Shown here: positions 19,841-30,179 of the stretch, in pieces | Layout of the letters: the number at the start of each line of letters is the position of its first letter | Numbering within the stretch: the first letter of the stretch is position 1 | NCBI GenBank assembly: GCA_019415945.1 | Contig: DXYF01000032.1 | Span: 484-64,483, forward strand | DNA from: Clostridiales bacterium | GTDB lineage: Bacteria; Bacillota; Clostridia; Oscillospirales; Acutalibacteraceae | Length of the DNA stretch: 64,000 nucleotides | Direction: 5' to 3' | Position numbers and translations under genes: made by a program | Notes under the pieces: model-generated | What the model was told of the DNA's origin: nothing | Databases searched by the model: none | Seen by the model: only the letters and a program-made list of their open reading frames with translations

Positions 19841-21793
19841 TTATGTGCTCTCAATATCGTCCAGCACGCTGTCAATGACAGATAAGAGCTTTCTGTAAGC
19901 AAGATCTCTTGTAGTATCCTCAAGCTGTGCCGCAGCCATTGTCTGATGGCCGCCGCCTCCGAGCTGTTCCATAATTATCTGAACATTGAGCTTACCGTAG
20001 CTTCGTGCGGAGATATTAATTTTACCGTCATTTTCAAATACTACAAACGAGGCTCTCACGCCCTGCAATGTCAGCATTTCATCAGCCGCCTGTGCGGCAG
20101 CAAGCCTTATGTCATCCGCATTGCTTTTTGAAACAGAAACAGCACAGCCTCTGTATATATTTGCATTGCAGACAATCTCAACCTTTTCCCGGTATGTATC
20201 AATGCTGTCAGAAAACATTTCCTTGACGGTTAGAGTATTTGCACCTTTTCTGCGAAGATAAGCCGCCGCCTCGAAGGTACGCACACCTGTTTTAAGAACA
20301 AAATTCTTTGTATCAAGCATAATACCTGCAAGAAGTGCGTCAGCCTGAACATAACCCAACGGTCTGTCTTCAAGATAGCTGATAATTTCACTGCACATTT
20401 CGGCAGACGATGAAGCAGACGGCTCATGACAAAATACAAGTGCGTTATCTATGTAATTAACCGATTTTCTGTGGTGGTCAATAACGACAACTTTCCTGCA
20501 CTTTTCGTAAAGCTGAGCACTTTCAAGCGAGCTTTTCAGATGAGTATCCACAATAATCAAAAGCGACTTTTGGGTAACTCCCCTTAATGCTTCATCAGCT
20601 GTTATAAAGATATTTGAATCAACATGGGATTCAATATAAGAGATAAGCTGTTTTGCCATAGAAGTTTCCTTGTCGATTACTATCTTGCAATAGCGTCTAA
20701 AGGATTTTTCCATTATGCACTGAAGTCCTACCGCCGAACCTACACAGTCGAGGTCTGAAAATCGGTGTCCCATAATAAACACCTTATCGCAGTCGGTAAC
20801 GGCACGGCTTATCGCATTAGCTATAACACGCATTCTTACCTTGCTCGCCTTTTCTGCGGCAGCGGCAGTGCCTCCGAAAAATTCGTAGCTGTTGTCCTTT
20901 ATTACCGCAACCTGGTCGCCGCCTCTGCCGAGTGCCATTTCAAGAGCTTTTCTTGCATTCAGTTCGCTTGACTTAAGGTTCTTAGTACCTCGGCAAAGTC
21001 CGACAGAGATTGTCGCAACATTATTGTTTACGCTGACAGAACGAATTTCCTTAAGAATCGGAAACTTCTGAGCAATCATTTTCTCAACATCGGATTCCCT
21101 GAATATTATCATGTAACGGTTTGTACTGATTTTTTTGTAAAGCGAATCATACTCAGCCGCCCACTTTTGAAGAGCTGTTTCAACTGCAAGAATTACTTGG
21201 GAATAAGCCTCATCGGAATCATTTGAAAAATCCTCAGCGTTGTCAAAGGTGATGATTGATACGCACGGCAGATTTGAATGATATTCCCTAACCATAGATT
21301 TATAGTAGGTGTTTTCAATGAAAAGGCTTATTACGCTCTCTCCTGCGGACATACAAAAAACAGTGTATTCTTTACCGTCAACCGCAATATCTTCGCCTTC
21401 GCCGTCCTTTATTTCGTCAATATCAAATCCCGAAAGATAAGCATTAATATTTTCACCCTCGGGACTTCTGCCCTGACACATTGATTTTCGAAACCGTGCA
21501 TTGCACCAAAGAATATCGCCTTTCAGTCCCGAAACAACAACGGGAAACTTATATTTTTCAAGGAAATCGGGGTTGAATCCTTTGATTCTTTCGGCTGCGG
21601 ATTTTACCGAACTGTTTATATAATTTCTGAATCTGAACGATAAAACAAATACTACGGCAAACGCCGCAACCGAAATCGCAAATTCAATATAACACAAAAC
21701 AATATTATAATTATAAGACGCAAACGCCATTATCAGCATTATCAAAGCAAAAATTATAAACCAAGGAGTAAGCGTCCAATGCCTTCTTTTCAT
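19841..21793 (-). CDS. gdpP: Cyclic-di-AMP phosphodiesterase (DHH/DHHA1, GdpP/YybT)
   Basis: Two TMs, degenerate GGDEF (RGGDQ), DHH motif, GGGGH; gdpP-rplI-dnaB synteny. Confidence 0.9.
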   Translation of the reverse strand: MKRRHWTLTPWFIIFALIMLIMAFASYNYNIVLCYIEFAISVAAFAVVFVLSFRFRNYINSSVKSAAERIKGFNPDFLEKYKFPVVVSGLKGDILWCNARFRKSMCQGRSPEGENINAYLSGFDIDEIKDGEGEDIAVDGKEYTVFCMSAGESVISLFIENTYYKSMVREYHSNLPCVSIITFDNAEDFSNDSDEAYSQVILAVETALQKWAAEYDSLYKKISTNRYMIIFRESDVEKMIAQKFPILKEIRSVSVNNNVATISVGLCRGTKNLKSSELNARKALEMALGRGGDQVAVIKDNSYEFFGGTAAAAEKASKVRMRVIANAISRAVTDCDKVFIMGHRFSDLDCVGSAVGLQCIMEKSFRRYCKIVIDKETSMAKQLISYIESHVDSNIFITADEALRGVTQKSLLIIVDTHLKSSLESAQLYEKCRKVVVIDHHRKSVNYIDNALVFCHEPSASSSAEMCSEIISYLEDRPLGYVQADALLAGIMLDTKNFVLKTGVRTFEAAAYLRRKGANTLTVKEMFSDSIDTYREKVEIVCNANIYRGCAVSVSKSNADDIRLAAAQAADEMLTLQGVRASFVVFENDGKINISARSYGKLNVQIIMEQLGGGGHQTMAAAQLEDTTRDLAYRKLLSVIDSVLDDIEST

Positions 21794-21854
21794 AATATCC
21801 CTCTGTTAAGAATAAAACCTTATGCGTTGCTTTGCAAAACAACGCAAACTGAAG

Positions 21855-23711
21855 TTATACCTCCTGCAAAATAGGAAGTATCATAGGTGCTCTGCGTGTA
21901 CGCTGTCCGATAAGCTTTGCCACATCATCCTTAATGCGGTTTTTAATTACACCCCACTCGTGAATGTTGTTGTCTGCACATTCCTCAAGAATGTCAAGTG
22001 CAAGCTTTTTGACTTCGTCAAGGAGTCCCTCGCTCTCACGGACATAAACAAATCCCCTTGAAACTATATCGGGACCGCTGATGACATGACCGTCGTAAAC
22101 ATCAAGCGAAGCAACTATGATAATAAGTCCGTCCTGACCGAGATGTTTTCTGTCACGAAGCACAATACTTCCGACATCACCTACGCCGAGACCGTCAACA
22201 AACACCTTGCCTGCCTGAACGGGTGCAAGCTCTTTGATGTAGTTTTCGTTTATTTCCACAACGCTTCCTACATCTCCTATAAATATATTTTTTCTGTCCA
22301 TTCCCAAAAATTCGGCAAGCTCAGCGTGCTTTCTGAGATGTTTCTGCTCACCGTGTACGGGAATAAAATACTTGGGATTTACAAGACGGTGCAGAATTTT
22401 CAGCTCCTCCTGACAGGCGTGTCCGGAAACATGAACATCGTACATTGACTCATAAATCACCTTGCAGCCCTTTTTGAGAAGCTCATCAACAACATTTCCG
22501 ACTGTTTTTTCGTTGCCGGGAATCGGATTGGCAGAGATTATTATGAAGTCGCCTTCTCCTACCATTACCTTGCGGTGGTCCGAATAAGCCATTCTCGAAA
22601 GTGCACTCATAGGCTCACCCTGACTGCCTGTTGTAACAAGCACTATTTCCTCCGGCATATATTTGCCGAGCATATCAATATCAATTATCAGATTTTCGGG
22701 AATATTCAGATATCCGAGCTTTTTGGCAACATCCATATAGTTGACCATACTTCTGCCCGAAAAAGCAACCTTTCTGCCGTATTTTTCAGCACAGTTTATA
22801 ATCTGCTGCACCCTGTTTACATTTGATGCAAAGGTCGCAATTATTATTCTGTAATTTTCGGCACTCTTAAAAAGGCTGTCAAGACTTTCCGACACCAGCC
22901 GCTCCGTTCGGGTGTATCCCGGTCTTTCTGCATTCGTGCTTTCCGCAAGAAGTGCCAAAACTCCTTTATCCCCCACCTTAGCAAAGCTTGAAAGGTCAAT
23001 CATATCACCCGTAATCGGTGTACAGTCAATTTTAAAGTCGCCTGTGTGAACAATAGTTCCCGCCGGAGTATCAATGGCAAAAGCGACTGCGTCGGGAATT
23101 GAATGGTTTACATGAATAAACTTTACATTCATACATCCGAGCCTGATCGTTTCGCCCGCATTTACAAGATTAAGCTGTGTTTTGTTTGCAAGGCTGTGTT
23201 CTCTGAGCTTATTGCCGACAAGGCCGAGTGTAAGCGGAGTACCGTAAATCGGTACCTTTATTTTTGAAAGAAGATACGGTAAACCGCCAATGTGATCCTC
23301 GTGACCGTGAGTAAGGATAATACCCCTGATTTTGTCTTGATTTGCTTCCAAATATGAAAAATCCGGTATAACAAGGTCAACACCGAGCATATCTCCGTCG
23401 GGGAACGCCATACCGCAGTCAACAACAATCATATCATTTCCGCATTCGATAAGCGTGATATTTTTTCCTATTTCGTTAAGTCCTCCGAGAAAAGCAATTT
23501 TCACTGAAGGCTTACGAATATTTTTTTGTACGCTGTTTTTAGAATAAGTCTTTTTGTAATAACCTTTTTTGCTTTTCTGAAAAAAGCTTTGATCCGACTG
23601 CCTTTCAAAATTAAACGAGCCTTTTGAAATTTGTCTTGATTTGACATTTGAATTCTTTGAGTACTTGTTTTGCTTTGCATTTTTGTAGTATTTTTTTGTT
23701 TCTGTACTCAC
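21855..23711 (-). CDS. rnj: Ribonuclease J with basic N-terminal extension
   Basis: LGGLNEIGKN, THGHEDHIG, HTGDFK, HVSGH, PVHGE. Confidence 0.95.
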   Translation of the reverse strand: MSTETKKYYKNAKQNKYSKNSNVKSRQISKGSFNFERQSDQSFFQKSKKGYYKKTYSKNSVQKNIRKPSVKIAFLGGLNEIGKNITLIECGNDMIVVDCGMAFPDGDMLGVDLVIPDFSYLEANQDKIRGIILTHGHEDHIGGLPYLLSKIKVPIYGTPLTLGLVGNKLREHSLANKTQLNLVNAGETIRLGCMNVKFIHVNHSIPDAVAFAIDTPAGTIVHTGDFKIDCTPITGDMIDLSSFAKVGDKGVLALLAESTNAERPGYTRTERLVSESLDSLFKSAENYRIIIATFASNVNRVQQIINCAEKYGRKVAFSGRSMVNYMDVAKKLGYLNIPENLIIDIDMLGKYMPEEIVLVTTGSQGEPMSALSRMAYSDHRKVMVGEGDFIIISANPIPGNEKTVGNVVDELLKKGCKVIYESMYDVHVSGHACQEELKILHRLVNPKYFIPVHGEQKHLRKHAELAEFLGMDRKNIFIGDVGSVVEINENYIKELAPVQAGKVFVDGLGVGDVGSIVLRDRKHLGQDGLIIIVASLDVYDGHVISGPDIVSRGFVYVRESEGLLDEVKKLALDILEECADNNIHEWGVIKNRIKDDVAKLIGQRTRRAPMILPILQEV

Positions 23712-24167
23712 AAATTTACCTCCATAATATTTCTATTGATTTAATATATAGGAAATATTTTTCACCTCTGTATTACTGTAAAAATGAATATTCAACGGCC
23801 GTATTCATCTTTAGGCACAATATTTCCTTTGCCACAATCCGCAAGCATCATACGGATTTAAACGGTGCATAATTATTTTTTATAAAACAGATAAGTACAT
23901 ACTACGCCGAGTATATATATTCATATTATTTTAACTCACAATCATTATTTATGTCAAGGTTATAAAAGAATTATAACATATTATTTACAGTTATTTAATT
24001 TTAAGCTTAAGACAATATTTTTACAAAAAACAATAGCTGAAAAGACAAAAATAAGCACAACACTAATATTATGCTCTTTTTTTGGTAAAATAATAACTAA
24101 ATAATAGTTGCATTTGAAGTTTTTGCGTATTATAATATTATGCGTACATCAACTTAGGAGAATTAGC

Positions 24168-24605
24168 TTGAAACAGATTGAAGTTTTTACTGACGGTGCC
24201 TGCAGCGGAAACCCGGGACCGGGCGGCTGGGGTGCAGTCCTTCGATATAACGGACACGAAAAAGAGCTGTCCGGCGGAGAAGCAAATACAACTAACAACA
24301 GAATGGAGCTGTCAGCTGTCATAAATGCACTTGAGGCGTTAAAGGAACCGTGCAAAGTTACGCTGTACAGCGACTCTCAATATGTATGCAACGCATTAAA
24401 GCTTGGCTGGGCTAAAAAGTGGAAAGCTAACAACTGGATGCGTAACAAAAAAGAGCCGGCTTTAAACCCCGAACTTTGGGACAAGCTTCTCAAACTGTGT
24501 GATATTCACGAGGTTGATGTTATATGGGTGAAAGGTCATGCCGGACATCCCGAAAATGAAAGGTGCGACCGACTTGCTGTTGCGGCAGCACAGCAATATA
24601 CATAA
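24168..24605 (+). CDS. rnhA: Ribonuclease HI
   Basis: [39 protein letters not shown] start after AGGAG. Confidence 0.95.
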   Translation: MKQIEVFTDGACSGNPGPGGWGAVLRYNGHEKELSGGEANTTNNRMELSAVINALEALKEPCKVTLYSDSQYVCNALKLGWAKKWKANNWMRNKKEPALNPELWDKLLKLCDIHEVDVIWVKGHAGHPENERCDRLAVAAAQQYT

Positions 24606-24625
24606 ATTACACGAGGGTGATATAT

Positions 24626-25810
24626 ATGAAAAATATTTATGCCGATAATTCTGCAACTACTGCCATTGCCCCGTCCGTGCTTGAAAAGATGATGCCTTAC
24701 CTCACAGAGGTTTACGGCAATCCGTCAAGCCTTTACAGTATAGGCAGCAAGGCAAAGGAAGCAGTTGAAAAATCACGGGCAAATATTGCAAAAAATCTCG
24801 GAGCAGCGTCTGCGAGTGAAATATTTTTTACATCCGGCGGAAGCGAATCCGACAACTGGGCGTTAAAAGGAGTTTGCCACGCACTGAAAGCAAAAGGCAA
24901 AACACACATTATTACATCAAAATTTGAGCATCATGCGATTTTGCACACCTGTCAGGCTCTTGAAAAAGACGGTTTCAGGGTGACATATCTTGATGTGTAT
25001 GAAAACGGCATTGTAAAACCTGAGGATGTTGAAAACGCCATTTGCGACGATACAGCTATAGTATCAATTATGTACGCCAACAATGAAATCGGCACTATTC
25101 AGCCGATTTCGGAAATCGGTGCAATTTGCAAAAAGCACGGAGTTCTGTTTCATACCGACGCAGTTCAGGCTGCGGGATTTGTAAGAATAAATGTTGTTGA
25201 GCAAAACATCGACCTGCTTTCAATGACCGCTCATAAAATTCACGGACCGAAAGGCTGCGGTTTGCTTTATGTAAGGAGAGGCGTTAAGATAGACAACCTT
25301 ATCGAGGGCGGTGCACAGGAAATAGGCAGAAGAGCGGGAACCGAAAATGTTGCAGGTATAGTCGGACTTGACGCTGCACTCCAGCTCTCCGTTGACACAA
25401 TGGAAGAAAGAAACGCAAAGCTTACCAAAATGCGTGACAGACTTATTGACGGACTTCTCAAAATCGAGCGTTCAAGACTCAACGGTGACAGAATCCACAG
25501 ACTTCCGGGTAATGTCAATATGTGTTTTGAAGGTATTGAGGGTGAGAGTCTGCTTTTAAAGCTTGATTTAAACGGAATCTCTGCATCATCGGGTTCTGCC
25601 TGCACATCGGGAAGTCTTGATCCGAGCCATGTGCTTCTTGCAATCGGACTTCCTCACGAAATAGCACACGGCAGTATGCGTCTGTCGTTTTCCGACGAAA
25701 ACACGGAAGAGGATATCGACTATATTCTTGAGAAAGTTCCTCAAATTGTTGATTATTTAAGGGCAATGTCTCCGCTTTGGGAAAAAATCAAAAAAGCAGA
25801 GAATAACTAA
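24626..25810 (+). CDS. iscS: Cysteine desulfurase NifS/IscS
   Basis: HTDAVQ, TAHKIHGPKG, SSGSACTSG. Confidence 0.93.
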   Translation: MKNIYADNSATTAIAPSVLEKMMPYLTEVYGNPSSLYSIGSKAKEAVEKSRANIAKNLGAASASEIFFTSGGSESDNWALKGVCHALKAKGKTHIITSKFEHHAILHTCQALEKDGFRVTYLDVYENGIVKPEDVENAICDDTAIVSIMYANNEIGTIQPISEIGAICKKHGVLFHTDAVQAAGFVRINVVEQNIDLLSMTAHKIHGPKGCGLLYVRRGVKIDNLIEGGAQEIGRRAGTENVAGIVGLDAALQLSVDTMEERNAKLTKMRDRLIDGLLKIERSRLNGDRIHRLPGNVNMCFEGIEGESLLLKLDLNGISASSGSACTSGSLDPSHVLLAIGLPHEIAHGSMRLSFSDENTEEDIDYILEKVPQIVDYLRAMSPLWEKIKKAENN

Positions 25811-25855
25811 ACTCTTAATTAATTTATATAGATATAGGTAAAGGGAGGTTAAAAT

Positions 25856-26284
25856 ATGGCATATTCCGAAAAGGTTATGGACCATTTTGCAAATCCACGC
25901 AATGTAGGAGAAATTGAAAACGCCGACGGTATCGGCGAGGTAGGAAACTCCAAATGCGGAGATATAATGAAAATGTACATCAAGGTTGAAAACGACATCA
26001 TCACCGATGTTAAGTTTAAGACATTTGGCTGCGGTGCGGCTATTGCAACAAGCAGTATGGCTACCGAAATGATAAAGGGCAAGTCAATCAGCGACGCACT
26101 CAAGCTTACAAACAAAGCTGTTATGGAGGCTCTTGACGGACTTCCGCCTGTAAAGGTTCACTGCTCCGTGCTTGCAGAACAGGCAATTAAAGCCGCTATC
26201 TCGGATTACTACCAAAAACAGGGTATTGACCCCGAACCTTTTGTAGGAAAGGTTCCTCACTGCGACGAGTGCGGATGTCACTGA
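25856..26284 (+). CDS. iscU: Fe-S cluster scaffold NifU/IscU
   Basis: NPRNVG, CGD, FGCG, LPPVKVHCSVLA. Confidence 0.93.
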   Translation: MAYSEKVMDHFANPRNVGEIENADGIGEVGNSKCGDIMKMYIKVENDIITDVKFKTFGCGAAIATSSMATEMIKGKSISDALKLTNKAVMEALDGLPPVKVHCSVLAEQAIKAAISDYYQKQGIDPEPFVGKVPHCDECGCH

Positions 26285-26308
26285 TAAAACAATTTTTGAC
26301 TGATTTAC

Positions 26309-26350
26309 AAAAATCCCCCGATAGTTTAAAAACTGTCGGGGGATTTTTTT
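26309..26350. terminator. Bidirectional terminator between iscU and the pilus operon
   Basis: AAAAATCCCCCGA / TCGGGGGATTTTT stem. Confidence 0.8.
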
Positions 26351-26407
26351 GCACATACCTAATTGCTTAAATTAAAACAAAATAGTCTTAACCACTCTGT
26401 TGTGTTC

Positions 26408-27124
26408 CTATTTTTTGCTCGTAGTGCGAATTCTCAGAACATTTGAATTATGTTCCGAAAAACCGCTTTCGAGCGAATCTGCAATTATAGTAAATGACTC
26501 CTCACCTGACGGCACAATATTAGAAATATCCTGTGAAGATTCTGTGTTATTTAACACTACGCCGCCGGTAATTTCATAATCATATACAGTTGTTATTTTG
26601 TATCTAAGCATAAACTTTTTAGTTGCAGTGCTAAGCTCATCTACCGTGAAATCAACCTTTTTAATTCCATCAACTGATACTAATGTTTCAAGGTTATTAT
26701 AGTATGAATTATATTTTTGGAACAGTATCGTATTCTCGTTTCTTTGATCTCTTGAAATAAAAATATCAATAAGGGGTCCCGTACCGTGGTCGGCGTCCAT
26801 AAAACCACCCGGCTGTGATGCTTCATTATATATATTCAAAGAAGGCATTTCCTCATAAGCCGCTACATCAGAACCTGTGCATGCGTACAGCATAATCTGT
26901 TCGCCGAGCAGCTTGCATATTCTCTGTGACTCTGAGATATTCTGTCCCCTCTTTGCCATTTTTGTAAGGGCAAACATTCCGGAAAGACAAGTTGTAGATA
27001 CTATTGAAAGAATTGCTATAACCGCTACTAATTCTATAAGCGTGCTTCCGTTCTTTCGTTTGAAATAATTTTTTTGAGGGCGTTTTGACTTATTGTGCTG
27101 TTTTATATTATATTTTTTCTTCAT
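26408..27124 (-). CDS. Type IV minor pilin / pseudopilin
   Basis: Basic leader then KNG|STLIELVAVIAILSIV class III signal with Glu at +5. Confidence 0.8.
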   Translation of the reverse strand: MKKKYNIKQHNKSKRPQKNYFKRKNGSTLIELVAVIAILSIVSTTCLSGMFALTKMAKRGQNISESQRICKLLGEQIMLYACTGSDVAAYEEMPSLNIYNEASQPGGFMDADHGTGPLIDIFISRDQRNENTILFQKYNSYYNNLETLVSVDGIKKVDFTVDELSTATKKFMLRYKITTVYDYEITGGVVLNNTESSQDISNIVPSGEESFTIIADSLESGFSEHNSNVLRIRTTSKK

Positions 27125-27135
27125 TACGCTCCTCC

Positions 27136-27657
27136 TTATGCCGTCGTTTTTGCTACCGTTCCTGTGCAGTAAGTTGTTGCACTGTTTGCATAGTCAACAT
27201 ACACTGTTATCTCATAGGATACTACCCCACTACCCTCGGTAGGCGACTTTCCTGTTCTTGTAATCACAAAATAAGGGACAGCATTATTTTTGGCTCGGGT
27301 AACATCTTCAGCATCAGCAACAGTTGTATATTGCGTTATTTCGGTAACATTTGAATTTCCTTTTTTAATATCATCTTCAATATCACCTATTATACCACCT
27401 TTCAACTCACAACTACCTGTATTACTAAATAAGTCCGAATCAGGCGTATACTCCACATATGTCATAATAATATCGCAATATTCCTGTGCTCTTGCAGACG
27501 CTTTGTCTTTCTCCGCTCCTATCAGAATCGAACGGTGACTCACCGCAAGACCGGACGCTGTGCCTGCAACTACAATAGCAATCACGACTACTGCACACAG
27601 CAGTTCAAGCAAGGAAAAGCCCTTTTTACTCTTAAAATAAGAAGACTTTTTCTTCAT
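27136..27657 (-). CDS. Type IV minor pilin
   Basis: KKG|FSLLELLCAVVVIAIVV class III signal. Confidence 0.85.
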   Translation of the reverse strand: MKKKSSYFKSKKGFSLLELLCAVVVIAIVVAGTASGLAVSHRSILIGAEKDKASARAQEYCDIIMTYVEYTPDSDLFSNTGSCELKGGIIGDIEDDIKKGNSNVTEITQYTTVADAEDVTRAKNNAVPYFVITRTGKSPTEGSGVVSYEITVYVDYANSATTYCTGTVAKTTA

Positions 27658-30164
27658 CAACTGACCCCGCCTTCGTCAAATTTAATTTCGGTCTTTGTAG
27701 TTACTTTCAGCTCACCGCCCGTATCGGTTACTTTATTTGTTACATCGGAGTAATATATTGTATTTTCAGCCCATGTGTCTTTCGACGCTAAATTAATAGA
27801 AGGTGAACTTGTCATAAAGTAATAATAGCCTTTTTTTACATCTATTACTTTGTCGCCCGAACTATTGTAAATTGTAAAATCACTTTTTACTGCAAGCACA
27901 TGTCCCGTGCCGACAGAAGAACCGTCAACAATACAACCGGTGTCTCCGCTGTCATAACCCGATGATGTGTTAAGATAGAAGTTGCCCTTTATTCCTTTTG
28001 GTGCATCTATCGTGACATAATTTGCAGTTAATGTGGCTCCGTTAGATTCCACCTTGTCACTGAACCCGGTAAAGTCACAATAAATTGCTTTAGCTTTATA
28101 TGAATTACTGTTAAGTTCCCCCGAACTTGCCGTAAAATTGACACATTTATCGCCTGCATCAAAGACATTGCCTGACGCATCAAATAAAATCTCTCCCGAG
28201 CTGTCAGTCCACCCTGAAGCTGTAGAACTTTCAGTTTGAACAGAATGTGATTCAAAATATGATTTTGCAGCGTCGCTGAATAAATTAATTCCTCCGGACG
28301 GCAAATCGGTATATTCACCTTTCTTGACTGTATAGCTGCCTCCGGAGTAATTCACCTTAAAATCGCACTTTACATTCAAAGAATATGAGGATTCGTTCCA
28401 ATACGGTCTTATCCAAAATTCCGCACCGTTCCCTCCGTTTATGGTGTTAGAGCGTGTGTAGGGGCCTGCCTCTTTTGTGTATCCGCTCGGGATACCGTCA
28501 CTTATGATACTGTTCGAGCTGTTCTTACACTGATATATTTTTTCCCCGAAATCGGGACCGATTGACAGCACTGTCTGTGGTGCTCTTATTGACATTTTGA
28601 CATTTTGCGCTACATCCATGTCATAGATGTTGTACCACAGGTAATTGAATGTATCTCCGCAATACATATCATAATACTGACTATAAGTTTCACCCGCAGG
28701 CATTTTTGACGGGCCGCAGTAAATTGAATAATCCTTCCAACCGTCGTAGTAAGTTGTTCTTTGGCTTGTGCTGTAGTTATCGTCTGATTTTTGGAAGGTA
28801 CCGTTATTGTTGAGTATAGAAACAGGCTTCACCCCATTGTCATAGACAGATTCATACGCACTGTGCATTTCTTTTAATTCTCCGCTGCTGTCACACAAAG
28901 TAGAATAAATATCAGCGTCTTTTATATTTTGTATTCTTGCATCCGAATCTTTATAATTTATACGAACCATACCGTTGTTCGGATTAAACAAATCCGCTCC
29001 CTCTGCACTCGGAGTAGGAAGCCAATAATAGCCCTTGCTGTATGTTGTTGAGTCAATTTTATCTTTGTTCTCGTTATACCTTGATATTGTGCAGTCGTTG
29101 ACAAATCTCACGACAACACCCTGTGTACCGTGCCAGGTAAAATCACTGCCGGAATATTTTACATTGAGTGTTCCGTTCATTCCTGTTTTAGCAACCATAT
29201 TGTGAGCTATGGTGAGCATTTTGCATTTAAGGATACATCCATAAAAGCTGTTTTGAGTGTAGAAACTAACATTTTTGGGCTCTCCGTTGTAAAACTCGTT
29301 AAGCTCGTTACCGGAATAATCTCCAAGGAAAAATATGCCGTTATCATATGCCTCGTATGTACACCTATAAGACTGGCTGTCAATTTTGACAGGCTTTGTA
29401 AATACAAGAGGATATCTTGATTTGAGAGGATATGACGCTGTTTCAAGCTGAGGTATATACAAAACTTCGTCGTCTTCACGATAGTACTGCTTCAAGGTCT
29501 GAAAAAAAGCATCCTGTCCCCACAAATCCAAATACGCCGATTTCATTAAAGAGAAATTTGTCTGAGCACCGACCATGAAAAATTGATCTCCGCCCGATTC
29601 GGGGGCAACTGTGTAATTGGGAGTTTTTATCTCCAATGTTTTTTTATTTATAACTTGCTCTGTCGTTTGTTCAACCGTAAAATTGAGTGTAAGCTCACGC
29701 TGGCTGTCATAGTAATCGCCCGTGGTATATTTTCCTTCGATTCCGTATGCCGTAAGCGTACAGTTTGTTCCGTTAACTGTTATTTTAACATACGCATTTC
29801 CTATAAATTCAAAAGTCAAATTTTTTATTCTTGTCAAAAAAGCTTCTTCATCTTCTCCATCATCATTAGTTATCCAATCTATTTTACCTTCACTATTATA
29901 ATAAAAAGCATAAAACTTGCTCTTTCCGCTTTCCGGAAGCGTTAAGCTGTTATCCAAGATAAGCTCCTTAGCTATATCAAGTGCACTTTTTGCTGAAATA
30001 TACGCCTGCCTTGTGTTCATTTCTGCTCCCGTCTCGTTCTGCTGCATAAGTGCAATGGATATAAATCCGCTTGTTGTCATAAACAAAACCATCGACAAAG
30101 CAATAGCAAGGACAAGAGAAATACCTTTTTTGCTGTTGAATCTCTTCCTTTGGTGTTTTTTCAT
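27657..30164 (-). CDS. Large PilX/K-like minor pilin, candidate tip adhesin (835 aa)
   Basis: KKG|ISLVLAIALSMVL (no Glu+5, PilX/GspK type), QAYISAKSA helix, long Tyr/Gly/Ser-rich C-terminal region. Confidence 0.7.
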   Translation of the reverse strand: MKKHQRKRFNSKKGISLVLAIALSMVLFMTTSGFISIALMQQNETGAEMNTRQAYISAKSALDIAKELILDNSLTLPESGKSKFYAFYYNSEGKIDWITNDDGEDEEAFLTRIKNLTFEFIGNAYVKITVNGTNCTLTAYGIEGKYTTGDYYDSQRELTLNFTVEQTTEQVINKKTLEIKTPNYTVAPESGGDQFFMVGAQTNFSLMKSAYLDLWGQDAFFQTLKQYYREDDEVLYIPQLETASYPLKSRYPLVFTKPVKIDSQSYRCTYEAYDNGIFFLGDYSGNELNEFYNGEPKNVSFYTQNSFYGCILKCKMLTIAHNMVAKTGMNGTLNVKYSGSDFTWHGTQGVVVRFVNDCTISRYNENKDKIDSTTYSKGYYWLPTPSAEGADLFNPNNGMVRINYKDSDARIQNIKDADIYSTLCDSSGELKEMHSAYESVYDNGVKPVSILNNNGTFQKSDDNYSTSQRTTYYDGWKDYSIYCGPSKMPAGETYSQYYDMYCGDTFNYLWYNIYDMDVAQNVKMSIRAPQTVLSIGPDFGEKIYQCKNSSNSIISDGIPSGYTKEAGPYTRSNTINGGNGAEFWIRPYWNESSYSLNVKCDFKVNYSGGSYTVKKGEYTDLPSGGINLFSDAAKSYFESHSVQTESSTASGWTDSSGEILFDASGNVFDAGDKCVNFTASSGELNSNSYKAKAIYCDFTGFSDKVESNGATLTANYVTIDAPKGIKGNFYLNTSSGYDSGDTGCIVDGSSVGTGHVLAVKSDFTIYNSSGDKVIDVKKGYYYFMTSSPSINLASKDTWAENTIYYSDVTNKVTDTGGELKVTTKTEIKFDEGGVS

Positions 30165-30179
30165 AACTTTGCTCCTTTC

